From Fonticula-like sp. SCN 57-25 (taxonomy: Eukaryota), in the NCBI GenBank assembly GCA_001724245.1, contig MEDX01000021.1:1-50986 (forward strand): a stretch of 50,986 bases of DNA, given 5' to 3'. The position numbers and the translations under genes were made by a program. Of the stretch, positions 1 to 12,959 are shown one piece after another. The notes beneath the pieces are model-generated. The model saw only the letters and a program-made list of their open reading frames with translations, made no database searches and was not told the origin of the DNA. Every line of letters starts with the position of its first letter. The stretch's first letter is position 1.

Positions 1-493
1 GCCTCTTCTGGAGCGAGGTGCGTCGCTCTCTACCCCTTTCTATTGGCTGACTTATTTTGTCAACAGGACCCGCGCTTCATCAGCCAGTTTGAGGAGGGAA
101 AGATCGTCAAGTTTGCGCCGTACTCGCGCTTCCCCGCCTGCTACAAGGACATTACCTTCTGGCACCCGCCGCAGGGCATCCACGAGAACGACTTTTTCGA
201 GCTCGTGCGGTCCGTCGGCGGCGACCTCGTCGAGAACGTCAAGCTGGTACGCCTTTAAGCGCTTGAGTGCCATTGCTAAGTGTGTGACAGATTGACAGGT
301 TTGAGCACAAGACAAAGGGCGTCAGCACATGCTACCGCATCCTCTACCGCTCCATGGACAGGTGCGCGGCGGTTCACGGCGTGAATTTCACTAACTGGCA
401 TTGAATAGGTCGCTCACGAATGAGGAGATTAATGTGCTGCAGCAGGCCGTCCGTGACAAGGCAAGCGCCGAGCTCGCCTGCGTGCTTCGCTAG
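1..493 (+). CDS. FARS2: Mitochondrial phenylalanyl-tRNA synthetase, 3' part (anticodon-binding domain); 5'-truncated by window edge
   Basis: Spliced product LFWSE|DPRFISQF...KFAPYSRFPACYKDITFW...HENDFFELVRSVGGDLVENVKL|IDRFEH...CYRILYRSMDR|SLTNEEIN...LR*. GT-AG introns at 18-66, 247-290 and 362-408. Confidence 0.9.
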
Positions 494-643
494 ATGAAAA
501 AGATACTATAACATCACCATTTTTGATATTTGCAATACAGTCTGTCCCATACACCAATGCTTCTTCCCACAGTCTTCCCACGCCATAAAAGGGGCATCAA
601 TCAGTTTGCAGTTTGCAGTATTATTGGTGGCCGGGCTCTAAAG

Positions 644-2244
644 ATGCTCGCGAGCCAGGCACCGCGCCTTGCGGTCGGTGCGCCGCGCGCGCGTGTTGGT
701 CCCCTTTTCATGCTAACCATATTCTTATTTTGTTAGTTATGGTGGGCTTGCCGGCGCGCGGCAAGACGTACATTGGCGCCAAGATTGCGCGGTACCTGCA
801 GTGGCTCGATGTCGGCACAAAGATCTTTAACGTGGGAACGTACCGCCGCGAGCTCTTTGGCGCAGAGCTGCCGGCAAGCTTCTTTGACCCGGCTAATGAG
901 GAGACCTCTCAGGCGCGCGTTTCGGCCGCGAATGCCGCGCTGAGCGACATGCTAGAGTCCGCCGCGATGCGATTCGCTATTGTTGCTTACGTCATTCGAT
1001 GCCGCCAGGTACCTCGACACGCAGGGGATCGTGGCCATCTACGACGCCACGAATAGCACGCGCGCTCGGCGGGACCACATAGCCAAGGCGTGCAGTGAAC
1101 GAAACATTGAGGTCATGTTTGTGGAATCAGTGTGTGATGACCAAAAAGTGGTACTCGACAGCATCCGAGAAGTGAAACTATCGAGTCCAGACTACGCCAA
1201 CACAGAACCAGAAGCCGCAGCAGCCGACTTTTTACAGCGCATTGGACACTATGCCAGTACGTTAGGAATGGTTGTCATTCATTATTGGCTAATTTTGCTC
1301 CCCATCCAGGCTGCTACGAGTCTGTGCAGGACGACGAGGGCGCCATTGTCAAGATCATTGACGCCGGTCGGCGATTCCTTGTTCTTCACACGCACGGCTT
1401 CATTCAGTCGCGCATTGTCTTTTTCGTAATGAACCTCCACATTCGCCCTCGCGTGATCTACCTGAGCCGTCACGGCGAGAGCGAGTTAAATGTCGCCGGC
1501 CGCATTGGCGGCGACGCCGACCTGAGCCCGCGCGGTCAAGAGTACGCGCGTCGCCTCCCCGACTTTTTCCGCTCTCAGCTCGGCGACGTCAACCTGACCG
1601 TGTGGACGAGCACGTTCAAGCGCACGCAGCAGACGGCGGAGCACCTGCCGTACCGCAAGCTCGCGTGGAAGGCGCTCGACGAGATCGACGCCGGCGTCTG
1701 CGACGGCCTCACGTACGAAGAGATCGCCGAGCGCTTCCCCGAGGACTTTGCCGCGCGCGACGACGACAAGTTCAACTACAGGTACCGCGGCGGCGAGTCG
1801 TACCGCGACCTTGTGCTGCGCGTCGAGCCAATCATCATGGAACTCGAGCGCCAGGAGAACAACTTTGTCGTTGGGCACCAGGCGGTCCTGCGCGCCATCC
1901 TCGCGTACTTTATGAACTACCCGCTGTCGGAGCTGCCTTACGTCGAGGTGCCACTTCACACTGTCGTCAAGCTCACGCCGCGCGCATACGGCACGCAGTA
2001 TGAAAAGTGCGCGCATTTGCTGTCCATTGAACGTCAACTTTGCTGACTCTGCGTTTCTAGGTTTCCGTTTGAGATTTCGGCCGTCAGCACGCACAGGGAC
2101 CCGCGCAAAGAGTGCCCCGCGCGCCACTCGGCTGCCGCGCCGCACGGCAAGGGCATCACGCCGACGAGCAGCGCGCAGCCGTCGCCGAGGCTTGCGGCGC
2201 TGCAGCCTCATCAGCACACGGCGCCGCACTCGCCGCAGCTCTAG
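644..2244 (+). CDS. PFKFB: 6-phosphofructo-2-kinase/fructose-2,6-bisphosphatase, 5 exons
   Basis: Kinase P-loop MVGLPARGKT, IFNVGTYRR and DATNSTRARR; histidine-phosphatase YLSRHGES, LDEIDAG, YRYRGGESY and VGHQAVLR. Four GT-AG introns join the ORF fragments. Confidence 0.95.
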
Positions 2245-2397
2245 GCGGGAAGCAACTCTCTTTGTGTTTAATACTTGTTTGTAATCCGCTCGTTAATAGT
2301 ATAATTATGATATCCTGACGCACTTTAGAGAAATGCGCGTATCTATTGTAAATAATCTATTATAGTACTGTGCTGAAATGAACATATTTGTGCGGCC

Positions 2398-3547
2398 TTA
2401 CATGACTGGCCTTGACTTTTGCGCCGTCATCCCCTGCATGAAATTGTAGTATGCCCAGTTGAGCCCAAACTGCATGTCGTACCAGAGGTTGACTGCAATG
2501 CACTTGCCCTCCTCGTCCGGCTCCTGCTGCACGTGGTGGAACCACAGCGCGGGCAGGTAGAGCATCTCGCCTGCGCTCACCGTCACCTGCAGCGGCCTCG
2601 CGTGCACCGAGCGCGGGAACCGGAACACGTCCGGGTTGAGCGGGTCGACCTGGATCCAAGGCACGCGCTCTGCGGCGTCGTCGACGGCCAGCTCGAGCCG
2701 TGCCGTGTCACCGTCCGCACGCTCGCGGTAGTGCGCTGGGATGCACGGCTCCTCGTACAGCAGCGGAAATGCCGTCGGCGGGTACAGCGTAAAGTGCTTC
2801 TTGCCCGTCACGACCACGTACAGGTTCTCGTAGTGGTCCTTGTGGAGGGACGTCGTCGAGCGCTCGTCGCCGATCCACACGTTCACGGCGTCCGGTTCGC
2901 ACCCAAAGGCGTCGCGCGCAAAGGGGAAGGAAAGGTCAACATCGCCGAGGAGAGAAGACCACTCGCCGCGCAGGTTGTTGTTCTGGAGCTGGACGTAGTG
3001 CACGCGCGGGTTGTGCTCGTCAAAGTCGTCGGAGCGGATTAGGGAGGCAATCTTGGATATCGACATCTTTTCCTCGCAGGGAGTCACAAAGAGCATCGTC
3101 GTGGGGTCGTGTGTCTTGAGGTACTCCCACGCCTGCTCGCTGAGCAGGCCGGCGCGGGCGGCATCACCGAGGCGCAAAGGGGCGTCAGCGCGGCCATCGG
3201 GCGTCACGGCAACAGTGAACTCTTGATCTCCGAGATGACGCTCAAGATAGGCCCACTTCCAACGCTCAAGGGCAGGCCAGCTGTCAACAGCGCCGCGGAT
3301 CAGCGCGGGGATGCTCGCGGCTACATGGTTGCGGTGAAAGGTCAGCGCATCGGGCGCGCCCTCCAGCACAGTCACCCTCGACGGAAGCGCCAGCACTACG
3401 TGGCATGAGAATTACACGATCCACAAGCGCGACCGCACCTTCAAACTCGCGAGAGAGGCGGATGACGGGGTCCGTAATGGCGTCCAGGTCGACCTCCTCG
3501 GGCTCGGCGCCCTCCGCAACGCGAGGATCCGTCTCCATGCTTGTCAT
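2398..3547 (-). CDS. JMJD7: JmjC (cupin-like) hydroxylase, JMJD7-like, 2 exons
   Basis: VAVTPDGRADA, YVQLQNNNL, DAVNVWIGDERSTTSLHKDHYENLY, GEMLYLPALWFHHVQQ and IAVNLWYDM; HxD...H metal triad intact. Confidence 0.9.
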
Positions 3548-3762
3548 TGCAGTACAGGTCACGTGATTATGGGGAGTGCATGCATGCACGCGTGCATCTA
3601 CTGTGGGAATGAACAGGGCATCTTTCAGCCCTTCCAAAACAGGGGGAGGTGTGTCAGCGTGGACGATGTCAAGTTCTGTCTTTAGCGACTACACTGCGTA
3701 ATTGAAATGTCCATATTTATATATCACAAAAAGAGTGGAAAGATAAAAAAAGGCGTGACTTT

Positions 3763-4955
3763 CTAGAGGCCCTCGTCCTCCTCCTCCTCCTTCTTCTTAC
3801 GGTCGCGGCGCTTCTTGCAGACGACCGCGATGATGATGATCACGGCAAGGACGACCACGCAGCCGATCACGATGACGGCAATGTGCCACGGCAGCAGCGT
3901 AAACTCGCACTCGGTCACAAGCATCGCCTGGGCCGTGCACGTCAGCGTGGACGCGGTGCCGACAACTGTTCGCTGCGTCAGCGCTAAAAAGCAGATAACA
4001 CGCGCGTGAACGCACCTTGCGTCGGGTCCCAGACGGTGGCGCTGAACGTGCAGAGGTTGTCTGAATTGCGCTTGAGGCCGACGCGGACGGGCAGCGACGT
4101 CGAGCCGAACGAGACGGCCGGCGAGTCAACCAGCCAGTCGAGGCGCGTGTAGTTGCCCTCGAGATAGACCGCGCCCGTGTATCTAAAAGAGGCCGTTAGC
4201 AATGAACAGCAAATTTAATAAGACGCACGATGAGTCGGACGGGCAGTTGACGTTGGTACTGAGGTACACCTCAAAGCCCGTCACGCCCGACAGCGTGACG
4301 TTGTACACATTGGAATTGGCGCTGTTCTGCTTGCTGCAGCGGCGGTGAGCGGATTCAAAATAAACAGCAAGTGCGTACGTGAGCTCTGCCTGGACGTAGA
4401 CCCACGAGCCGGGCGGCGGGCACTCGGCCGGGGCGTACTCGACGATGCCGCAGGACGCTGTTGAAGCATGAGCACGAGACAACATATGCACACGAGCGCG
4501 TGGACGTACAAAACACCTCGTACTGGTAGTAGAAGCCGCGGGTGTGGAAGCTCAAGTCGGCGCTCGTGGTCGTGACGTTGACATAAACGGGCCCGCTCGT
4601 GACGGACACGCCGCGGATTTGCACCTACACAGAAGCATGAGCGAAAAGGGAATGGAGCGGCGATCGCACCGGAATGCTCGTCGTGAGGTTTTGGCCAATG
4701 GTGAAAAAGGTCGGCGAAACAACGATGCTCGGGCTAGACGAGCTGACAGTGACATTGACAGGGGCGGTCGGTGGGACGACGGTCGTCACGAAAAACGTCT
4801 GCGGAAGATCCTGCGGAAGCTTAGAGTAGACCGATCCGACCCGCATCACCTCTGCGCACAAAGTGAGTATAGGTGTACAAGTATAGCCAATACGCACGGG
4901 CAGAGGCTACGTGCAACAGCACCGCGACAGCGAGGAAACTCAACGCACGCCGCAT
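3763..4955 (-). CDS. Hypothetical type I membrane protein (signal peptide, Thr/Ser/Val-rich beta-type ectodomain, one TM helix), 7 exons
   Basis: Six in-frame GT-AG introns. N-terminus MRRALSFLAVAVLLHVASA; C-terminus WHIAVIVIGCVVVLAVIIIIAVVC-KKRRDRKKKEEEEDEGL*. Confidence 0.75.
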
Positions 4956-5093
4956 GTCGACCGACGAGCTAAGAAGCTGAGGTATGCACTACGGATCTGA
5001 AGAATCTCGCCCTCTGCGCGGCGATTTGATTGGGCGGATCTCCACATCGAGCGATATGATTGGCTCGCGGCAAATTAGCGGCTTCGCTGAACC

Positions 5094-5663
5094 ATGACTG
5101 CGCTCCCGCCGCAAGCATCGGGGCCGCCGCCGGTGTCGAGCGGGACGCCCTCGCTCGACGATCCGCGCACCGTCGTGGAGGCGCTGTTTGCGCAGCTTAA
5201 CGACATAGAAGCGGCGTCGGGCGCGCTTTTCGACCGCTGGTACGGCCGTGGGGGGTGGATATGTTGGTAATTGCTAACCAGAGCGACAGCGAGCAAGGCG
5301 TTGAGAAGCCGTTCAAGGGGAGCGACGCCAAAGGTGCGCTCGCAGTTCTTTGTAAATATAGCGCTGATCGTACGTTTTAGACGCGATCGCTTCGCTCGAG
5401 GCGATGCTGGACGACTTTACCGGCAAGATGAACCGCAGCGGGCTGGTACGACTGCGCCTTTCCTCTTGCTGATCCTCACACCCCGGCCGCAGCTGTATGC
5501 CTCGCCGTTGCACGGCGACGGAGAAACGCCCAAGCCGCTTCACGACATTTACACAGAGTCCGACAGAAAGGTCCAAGGCGCGCACCGCGACCTGTCCGTT
5601 CTGCGGCAGTCGTGCGCCGTGTCGGGCAACGTGGCGAGCACGTCGCCGGCCGGCAAGCAGTAG
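5094..5663 (+). CDS. Hypothetical small helical protein (about 140 aa), 4 exons
   Basis: ATG at 5094; three introns with GTACGG, GTGCGC and GTACGA donors and CTRAY branch sites give one continuous frame ending TAG at 5661-5663. No family recognised. Confidence 0.65.
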
Positions 5664-5817
5664 CCGCCTTTTGTGGAATACGCAATGTACACTATGCCGT
5701 AAGTTCTAATTATCTATTATTTGTGATGGTGCTGAATAAAATATGATACGAAAAAGAAAGACAGTAACACAGGCTTACACAATTGACGAAAGTGCAAAAA
5801 TATGTATGGCGCAATGC

Positions 5818-7023
5818 TTAGCGCGCCTTGACCTTTCTAAGCTCCGTCTTGTCCTGGGCAGTGTACGATGTGGCCGCCAGGCCGATGGCCTCGGCGGTCA
5901 TGCGCTGCACGCGGTCGGCGAACTGAGGGGCCGGCTCGTCCTCGCTCTGGCGGTGTTGCTGCGGAAACAGACAAAGTCAGCAAAAAATGCGGCATCGGCA
6001 TCGGGATGCGCACCATGGGGAGGACAACCGCGTCGACAAACACCCACGGCTGGAAGGCCACGAGGAACATGTAGAGCGTGTAGTTGGGCATGATGGCGTG
6101 GAAGGGCAGGAAGGACAGCGCCGGGTAGTACCTGTCGAGTGGGGTGAGCACATAAGACCAGCACATAAGACCAGACCAAAAAAGCGAGCGTACCGGAGCC
6201 CGACCGGCTGGATGGGGCGGTTGAGGCCAAACACAAAGGCCGAGTAGCGCAAAAGGCCGACGTTGCCGTTGGTGGTGGCGCCCTCGGGATAGATGATGAC
6301 GGGCGTCGGGTCGGCGATGAGGTCCTTCATGATGGTCGCCTTGACCTGATCCTTGTCACCACCGACGAGGATCTTGTGCCGCGTGATAATGTCAAACGAG
6401 CCGACATTAGCCTTGTGGACAACGCGCGCGTTCTTGTGGAACAAAAAGTAGAGAAGGCCCGGATCGCCCGTGAACGTGTGGTTGCTCGTGATGATGGTGC
6501 GCTCGAGATCCTTCTCGGACGGCAGCTGGCCCTTGACGCTGCGCAAAAACACGCACGAAATGTAGCAAATGGTGCGGAACAGCCTAAAGGCAGCGCGAGA
6601 CGGTCAGTGCAAACGGGACGCGGCGGGGAGGCGAGATGCGTACGTGCGGTCAGAAATCGTCCACGGAAGGTACTTCTTGGACAGGATGGCAAAGGTGCAC
6701 AGAATCACGGTGAGGATGATGCGCACAAAGGCGATAACCGTGCCAAACGGAGCGTAGGCAATAAGCGCCGCCCACTTTAGCGGCGACATTGTGCGCAAAT
6801 ACTTGAAATCAAACAAATCCTTGAGCGCAGGGCTCTTGCCTCCGGCATCGCCCGCGTCACCCATCACGGTTTTGGGGGCGGCTTCGAGCGCTTCCTGCAA
6901 AACAGAGCAATCTCGTTAGATCTATGCCACACAGAATACCACGCGCAAATACGACCAAAACGCCCGCTCCCCTTCCCGCGACCGCCCGCCCTGGCGCACT
7001 GTTAGGCCTTCCTTTGGCGACAT
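5818..7023 (-). CDS. PlsC-type lysophospholipid acyltransferase, AUP1/LPCAT-like, 5 exons
   Basis: Hydrophobic hairpin ALIAYAPFGTVIAFVRIIL, HX4D motif SNHTFTGD, and YPEGATTNGNVGLLRYS...PIQPV. Confidence 0.8.
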
Positions 7024-7255
7024 GGTGAGCGTGGTCGAAGTCAGCCTGCACACGACACTATCAAGTGCCCCACTATTTCACGCGAATGTGCAATGTTGGG
7101 GTTCAGCGTGGTCCCCCCCTCGGCAGCACAGAGGGGTGTGCCAAACACAACACCATGCAAACCGTAGTGCAAACTTGGGCTGCAGCCAATCATGATTGAG
7201 AATCGCCGCACACCCGCCGCCATTACTCAAACACCGCGGCTGCCGACGGCCATCC

Positions 7256-8674
7256 ATGACGACCGCCGCCGATGAGGGCCGATCGGCTCGCTTCTACCTA
7301 TGGCGCCGCGTGGCAGTCGCCCTTCTCCTGCTCGGGTACCTTACGTACTATTTTAATCGCACGAATCTGTCCGTGACATCGAAAGCGATCATGGAGGATC
7401 TCGGCTTTAACGAGACCGAAATGGGCGTGATTGTGAGCGTTGGCTACGCCGTGTACGCCGTAGGCAAGTTTGTGACCGGCACGTGGGTCGAGCGCCTTGG
7501 CGGTCGCAACAGCTTCCTGCTCGGCCTCGGCATCTCGTCCCTCCTGACTATCGGCATGTCTTTCTGCAAGACTGTCCCCGCCTTCACTGCGGTGTGGTCA
7601 ATCAGCCGCTTTGCGCAGAGCATTGGCTGGGGCGCGCTTGTGCGGATCTGCTCGTGCTGGTTTGAGAGCAAGTCGTACGGCCGCGTGATGGGCATGATGT
7701 CTCTTTCGTACATGCTGGGCGACGCGCTGATCCGCCTCACGCTCGGCGTGCTTCAGAACGCCGGCCTCTCGTGGGAAGAGGTGTTTTACGTTTGCGCATC
7801 GCTGGGCATTGCCGTGGTGATCCCGAGCATCTTTTTGCTCAAGCAGTCTCCTCTTTTGATTGGCGAGTCAGAGCCGCACTCTTCCGAAAAGAACGTGTAC
7901 GGCGAGGAGACCAAGCAGGAGGAGGAGCGCGTGCTGACCCTTCGCGAGCTGATGGTGCCGCTGCTCAAGACGCCCAAGTTTTACATCCTTCTCGTCCTGT
8001 CCATCGTTCTGACGCTGATCCGCGAGACGTTCAACTCGTGGACGCCGATTTACCTGAGCGACGTCCTTGGGCTGTCGGACGGCGACGCCTCGATGGCCTC
8101 GATGGTGTTCCCCTTTTTCGGCACCATCTCGGCGCTCATCGGCGGCTGGCTCGTCGACCGCGTGCGCCCGCGCTGGCGTGGCGGCGTCTCCGTGTGCTTT
8201 CTGCTGCTGCTCACGGGCGCGCTCATCGGCCTCGCGTGGTTCTCGGACCGCTTCCCGGCGACAGACCCTCTCGCGCTCCCCATCGCGCTCACGCTCATTA
8301 GCCTGATCGGCCTCTTCCTGATGGCGCCCTACTCGTTCCTCGACGGCATCTACACGCTCGAGCTCGGCGGCAAGCACGGCTGCGCCGCCACGGCGTCCAT
8401 CATCAACGGCGCGGGCTACCTCGGCGCCACGTTCAGCGGCTTTGTGCTCGCCATGACCGACAGCGGGTCCGGCTGGGGCCCCGTGTTCCTGCTGCTCGCG
8501 CTGCTCACCGTCGCGTCCATGCTCGCCTTCATCCTCTTTTGGTACATTGACGTGCGCGACATCAACAGGACAGAGATGCGGCACAGCCAGGGCGACTGGC
8601 AGCAGCTCATCAACTCTGTTGACGACGACAACGACGAGCTGCCAGGCGCCGCGGGTGATCGCGAAGACGCCTGA
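7256..8674 (+). CDS. MFS organophosphate:Pi antiporter (GlpT/UhpC/SLC37 family), intronless
   Basis: GYLTYYFNRTNLS, YAVGKFVTG and FAQSIGW...WFESKSYGRVMG; about 12 hydrophobic segments. Confidence 0.85.
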   Translation: MTTAADEGRSARFYLWRRVAVALLLLGYLTYYFNRTNLSVTSKAIMEDLGFNETEMGVIVSVGYAVYAVGKFVTGTWVERLGGRNSFLLGLGISSLLTIGMSFCKTVPAFTAVWSISRFAQSIGWGALVRICSCWFESKSYGRVMGMMSLSYMLGDALIRLTLGVLQNAGLSWEEVFYVCASLGIAVVIPSIFLLKQSPLLIGESEPHSSEKNVYGEETKQEEERVLTLRELMVPLLKTPKFYILLVLSIVLTLIRETFNSWTPIYLSDVLGLSDGDASMASMVFPFFGTISALIGGWLVDRVRPRWRGGVSVCFLLLLTGALIGLAWFSDRFPATDPLALPIALTLISLIGLFLMAPYSFLDGIYTLELGGKHGCAATASIINGAGYLGATFSGFVLAMTDSGSGWGPVFLLLALLTVASMLAFILFWYIDVRDINRTEMRHSQGDWQQLINSVDDDNDELPGAAGDREDA

Positions 8675-8785
8675 GTACCTTTTCGTGTACATTTGCCCTG
8701 ACTGTTTTCGTTGTTTATTGTAAATGTTCATGTACAGATATGGTCAATAATACAAATTGATTGCCTTTTTCATTTCCTTTTCGTC

Positions 8786-11700
8786 TTAGATCTTGCCGCG
8801 GAACTTGTGCTTTTCACTGTACTCTGCGTGCAGCCCCTTGAAGAATACCTTTCCGGCCGGCGTCTGCGACACGAGCAGCTGCTGCAGCGCGTGCTCATTG
8901 CAGATATCCATGATGGCAAACACGCCGTCGACGAGCACGCGCTTGGCGTCGGTCGAGAGGCGCATGTGCTCGAGCAGCCGCACATAGTCGCCCAAAATGT
9001 TGATTGCGTACTTGTCGATGCGCTTCTTGTGCGTCGCGACGGCCTGCACGAGACGCGCCGCGTCCTCCAGGCACGACCGCGGCAGCGCAGCACCGGCAAT
9101 CCACGCATATGCCTGCGCACCAAAAGCTCCGCCCACACGGCCCTGAGCATGGCACAGCACAAGCGCTAACAAGATTTGGTCAGCACGAAAAAAAAAAACT
9201 GGGAGAAAAGGCGTACAGCGGACGCAGTCAATGTAGAGGGTCGCATTGTTGACGACGGCGGCGTCATGCCGCCTGCAAAGCGTCAAAAGAAGCGCGTAGA
9301 TTGCGTCATGAAGCGCCGCGGCGTCCTCTGCCGACGCTGCCGACGCGCCCGGGACGAGCGCGAGCGCGCCGATCGCCTGCAGCGTCACACCAACCTCGAG
9401 GCTCGTGAGGCGCTCGCACGGCTCACCATAGACAATGTTGGCCATCGAGAGCACCTTGGCCGCCTCGGCAGCGCCGGACGACCGGCCGACAGCGGCGGCA
9501 ATCAGCGACGACAGCGTGCCGGAAAAGGCGATGACGAGCGGCCGCACGGCAGGGCTCGTCCCGCGAAGCAGCGCGTCCAGCAAAAGTGCGCATGAAGAGG
9601 CGCGGCGGGGAAGCTCGCGGACCCACTGGCTCGTCTCGCGGCATACATGAACAAGCTGGTCGCGCGAGCACGACTTTACAAGAGCATTGAAAACCGCGCG
9701 CGATTCTTCTGTATATTAAAGAGTTAGCGATAAGGAAAGACGAAAAAAAGCAGAAGTTGTTGCACAAAAAGCATAAAAACACAAAACAACAAAATGTTTT
9801 AAAACAGACTCGTACCGTGGAGATCTGAGCGCGATTCGGTAACAAAAATGGCGACCGCGAGGACGGCGTCGACGACCGGCAGCGGCAACTGCCACGCACC
9901 TGAGAACTGGCTGACGAGGCGGGCGGCCTTGATGGCGAGCGCCGGGTCACTTGCCGCCGTCCGCAGCAGCGCCAGCAGCATGCCGAGGTGCTCACGTGCA
10001 CCCGCCATTGGCGCACCGTCAAACGCGCCCGTCAGGCGCCCCTGCTGCTCAGCGTGGCGAAGCTGAAGGCACGCGTCGGCCCTGTCGAGGTCCGCGTGGT
10101 CAGACAACGACGCAAAGGCGGCAGCGTCGATGGCGCGGATGCGCTTGCCGACCGACTTGCCGACCGACAGCGCGGGCTTGCCAGCCGTACGGCGATCCCA
10201 AAGGCCCTCGGCGACGCCGCGAAGCGCGGCAACGGCCGCAGAGCCGCCAAGAGCCGCCTTGACAAGGTCCTCGTCGCCGGTCACGGCGGCCGCGCGCGCG
10301 GCGAGCTGGACGGCCCGGTCGCCCGCAGCGCCCTCGGCAGCGAGACGCGCGGTGCTTCCAACGTGGCCGCTGGCAGTGGCCGCCTGGAGTGCGCGTTCGA
10401 CGAGCGTCCGCCAGGCGTCGGTGATGCGCGGCTCGACGCCCGACGCGTCGCGCTCGAGCAGCGCGTCGGCGTCTTCTGAGGTAATGTATCCGTCGGGTAG
10501 GCGCGCGGCGGCCGCCAGCACGCGAGAAAGCGAGCCCTCGCGGTCTTTCTTCTTTGAGAGTGCCTCGGTAGCCGCAGGCATGAACTGGGTACGCAAGGGC
10601 GCCAGCTCGAGCAGCGGAGCGGCGCGGAAAAAGGAGCGCGCGGCGACGCCCCACGCGTCATCAAGGAGAACGTCGCGGAGTAGTGTCCGCCACACGGCGA
10701 GCGCAATCTCGGCGGCTTGCTCCGACGGCACGAGCAGCAGCACGGGGAGGTATTCAATCACGATTTGCCAGAGCTCGGCGTCGCCGCCGCTCGCAACGGA
10801 AGCATTGACTGCAGCAAGTGACGCGCGCGCGACCAGCTCGGTCGGCAGCACCACGCTCTCGATGGCGGCGCCGTGGAGCGCCACGAGCAGCGCCCGCAGC
10901 GCAGCGCCGTTGAGTGCGTGGCCGTCCTCGCGGCCCTCTATCAAGTCGACGAGCGCGGTGACCGTAGCTGCATTGAAAAAGGCGGCCGCACGGTGCGACC
11001 AGGCGCGGCAGAGAAGCAGGTGAGCGTCGAGCGCCGCCTCGGACCACGCGTCGTCGACGAGCCGCGCAACGTCGGAGACCGTCTCGAGCTCGCGAAAGGC
11101 CGTCACGGCGGCGTCCACCTGGGCCCGCGACTCGGACGGGAACTGCGCCCGGACGAGCACGGCGTGCAGCAGGCGAGTCAATTGGCGAAGCGCACTCGCC
11201 GCCGACGGGTCAGCGGCCGCTTCCGCAGAAACGTTCGTCTTGCGCTTCTTCTTTGCCGGCGTAGTCGACGACGACTCGCCCCTCTTGAACGCAGAGTCCA
11301 TCGCCTCCAAAAGCACCTTGAGAAGGACGACGCTCTGCGCGGGCAGGGCGGCGCAGACGGCCGCCGTGAGCGCCTCGAGCGTCGCCGGGGCCACCGCGAC
11401 GACGGCCGCGTCAGCCTCGATGATCGCCTCGACGAGCACGCTGACGGGCCGCTCGAGCAGATTGAGTCGCGCATACGTCCGCAGGATGCGCGACTGGAGC
11501 CCCGCAGCCTCGGCGGTCGGCGGCGCGCGCCAGATCTGCGGCAGGAACGGCTGCACGAGGTCATAGTCGAGCGGAAGGATCGCCTCGAGGCAAGTGAGCG
11601 TCGCCGCCGCCACGTCGTCGCTCGAGCCGGGCGACAGGAGCTGACCAATCTTTGTCGCAAGGTCGCGCAGCACGGCAAGCTGCGCCAGCGACTGCGCGTC

Positions 11701-12759
11701 GTTAGCCACGTGGAAAACTTCCTTGTCGCTCAGCAGCGCAAAGACGGCCGTCGCAGAGGCGAGCTCGGGGACGCCCCAGCGCGACGCGTCGCCGGCAAGC
11801 GAAAGCATCTCGCGCGCAAAGTCAAAGCAGGAGCTGTTGCGCTGCTCGAGGTTGCGGCCCACGCGGGCGCCCGTTGTCGCAGAAAGCGAAACGGCCGCCG
11901 CACGGCTGCGGTCCGTCTGGAGAATAAACATGGAGAGGAGCTGCGGGAGAGCGTGAAAGGCGGCAGTGCGGCGGCCGTCTTTCGCCGACAAAAGGGTGGA
12001 AAGTTCATCGAAAAGCTGCTTGGGGTAGCTCGCCGCGCTCGCCGCCGCGCTTCGGCTGAACGAGTACGCGTTCGAAAACTCGCTCAGGTGATCGCGCGAA
12101 AAGAGGGCGCGCGAAAGAAGAAAAGTGGCCGCCTTTGCAATGTTGTCGTGCAGAGAGCCAGGTGCGCGGCTGGCTGTCTCCATGGCGCGCACGAGCGGCC
12201 AAAGGAGCTTGGAGCACACCGTGCTAAAGATCTTGCGCGGGTTGCCCTGCTGCAGGGCGACGGCCGCGAGATGATCCACAGCCGCTTCGGCAAACATCAG
12301 CAGCTCGGGCAAAGCAGCCTCGCCTTCCGCGTCCACCGCGTCCAGCACCTGCGTGGTGAATGCGACGGATTGCTCCAGCGTCGGGCGGAACAGGCGGCCG
12401 TACGCGCCGGTGAGCAGCCGGAACACGGCAAGAGCTTCGCCGATCACATCGTTATCGCGCGACAAAACAGCACCGGCCGTGGGCTGAAGTAGAAAAAAAC
12501 GAATAGGGCGGGAAAGGAGCTCATCGGACCGAACGTCCAGGATTTCCTTGGCGAGCCGCCATGGGCCGCGCTCGCGAGCAAAGGTCGTCCGATCGCTCGA
12601 GAACTTTACAAGCGTACCGGCGAGCCATTCAAAGAGAGCAACCGCTTTCCCCGGGAAACGGTCTGCCGGTATCGTCCGCCACGCGTTTTCGGCCGCGTCG
12701 ACCTTGGCGCTGAGGCTCAGCGCTGTGCCGCGCAAGTCCCGCAGCACCGCATGCGCCAT
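8786..12759 (-). CDS. URB2: Nucleolar pre-ribosomal protein Urb2/Npa2-like, 3 exons
   Basis: Large helical protein; C-terminal Urb2-type segment LVDGVFAIMDICNEHALQQL...FKGLHAEYSEKHKFRGKI*; N-terminal GKAVALFEWL motif. Introns near 9166-9216 and 9709-9815. Confidence 0.75.
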
Positions 12760-12959
12760 CAGCCCTCCACGCTGTCGCTGCTGACACAGTCCACGTGGCC
12801 AAGATCTTACTGAACTGGATCGATGTTTCACTTGGGTCAATCAGCACGACGCTCGACACCGCACTATAGAAAAACTGTACAATGTGCCGGTAAAAGCACA
12901 ATAGCAATGATGCGACGATATACACGTATATTTAAAAGAGGGATGATGTACAAAAATGT

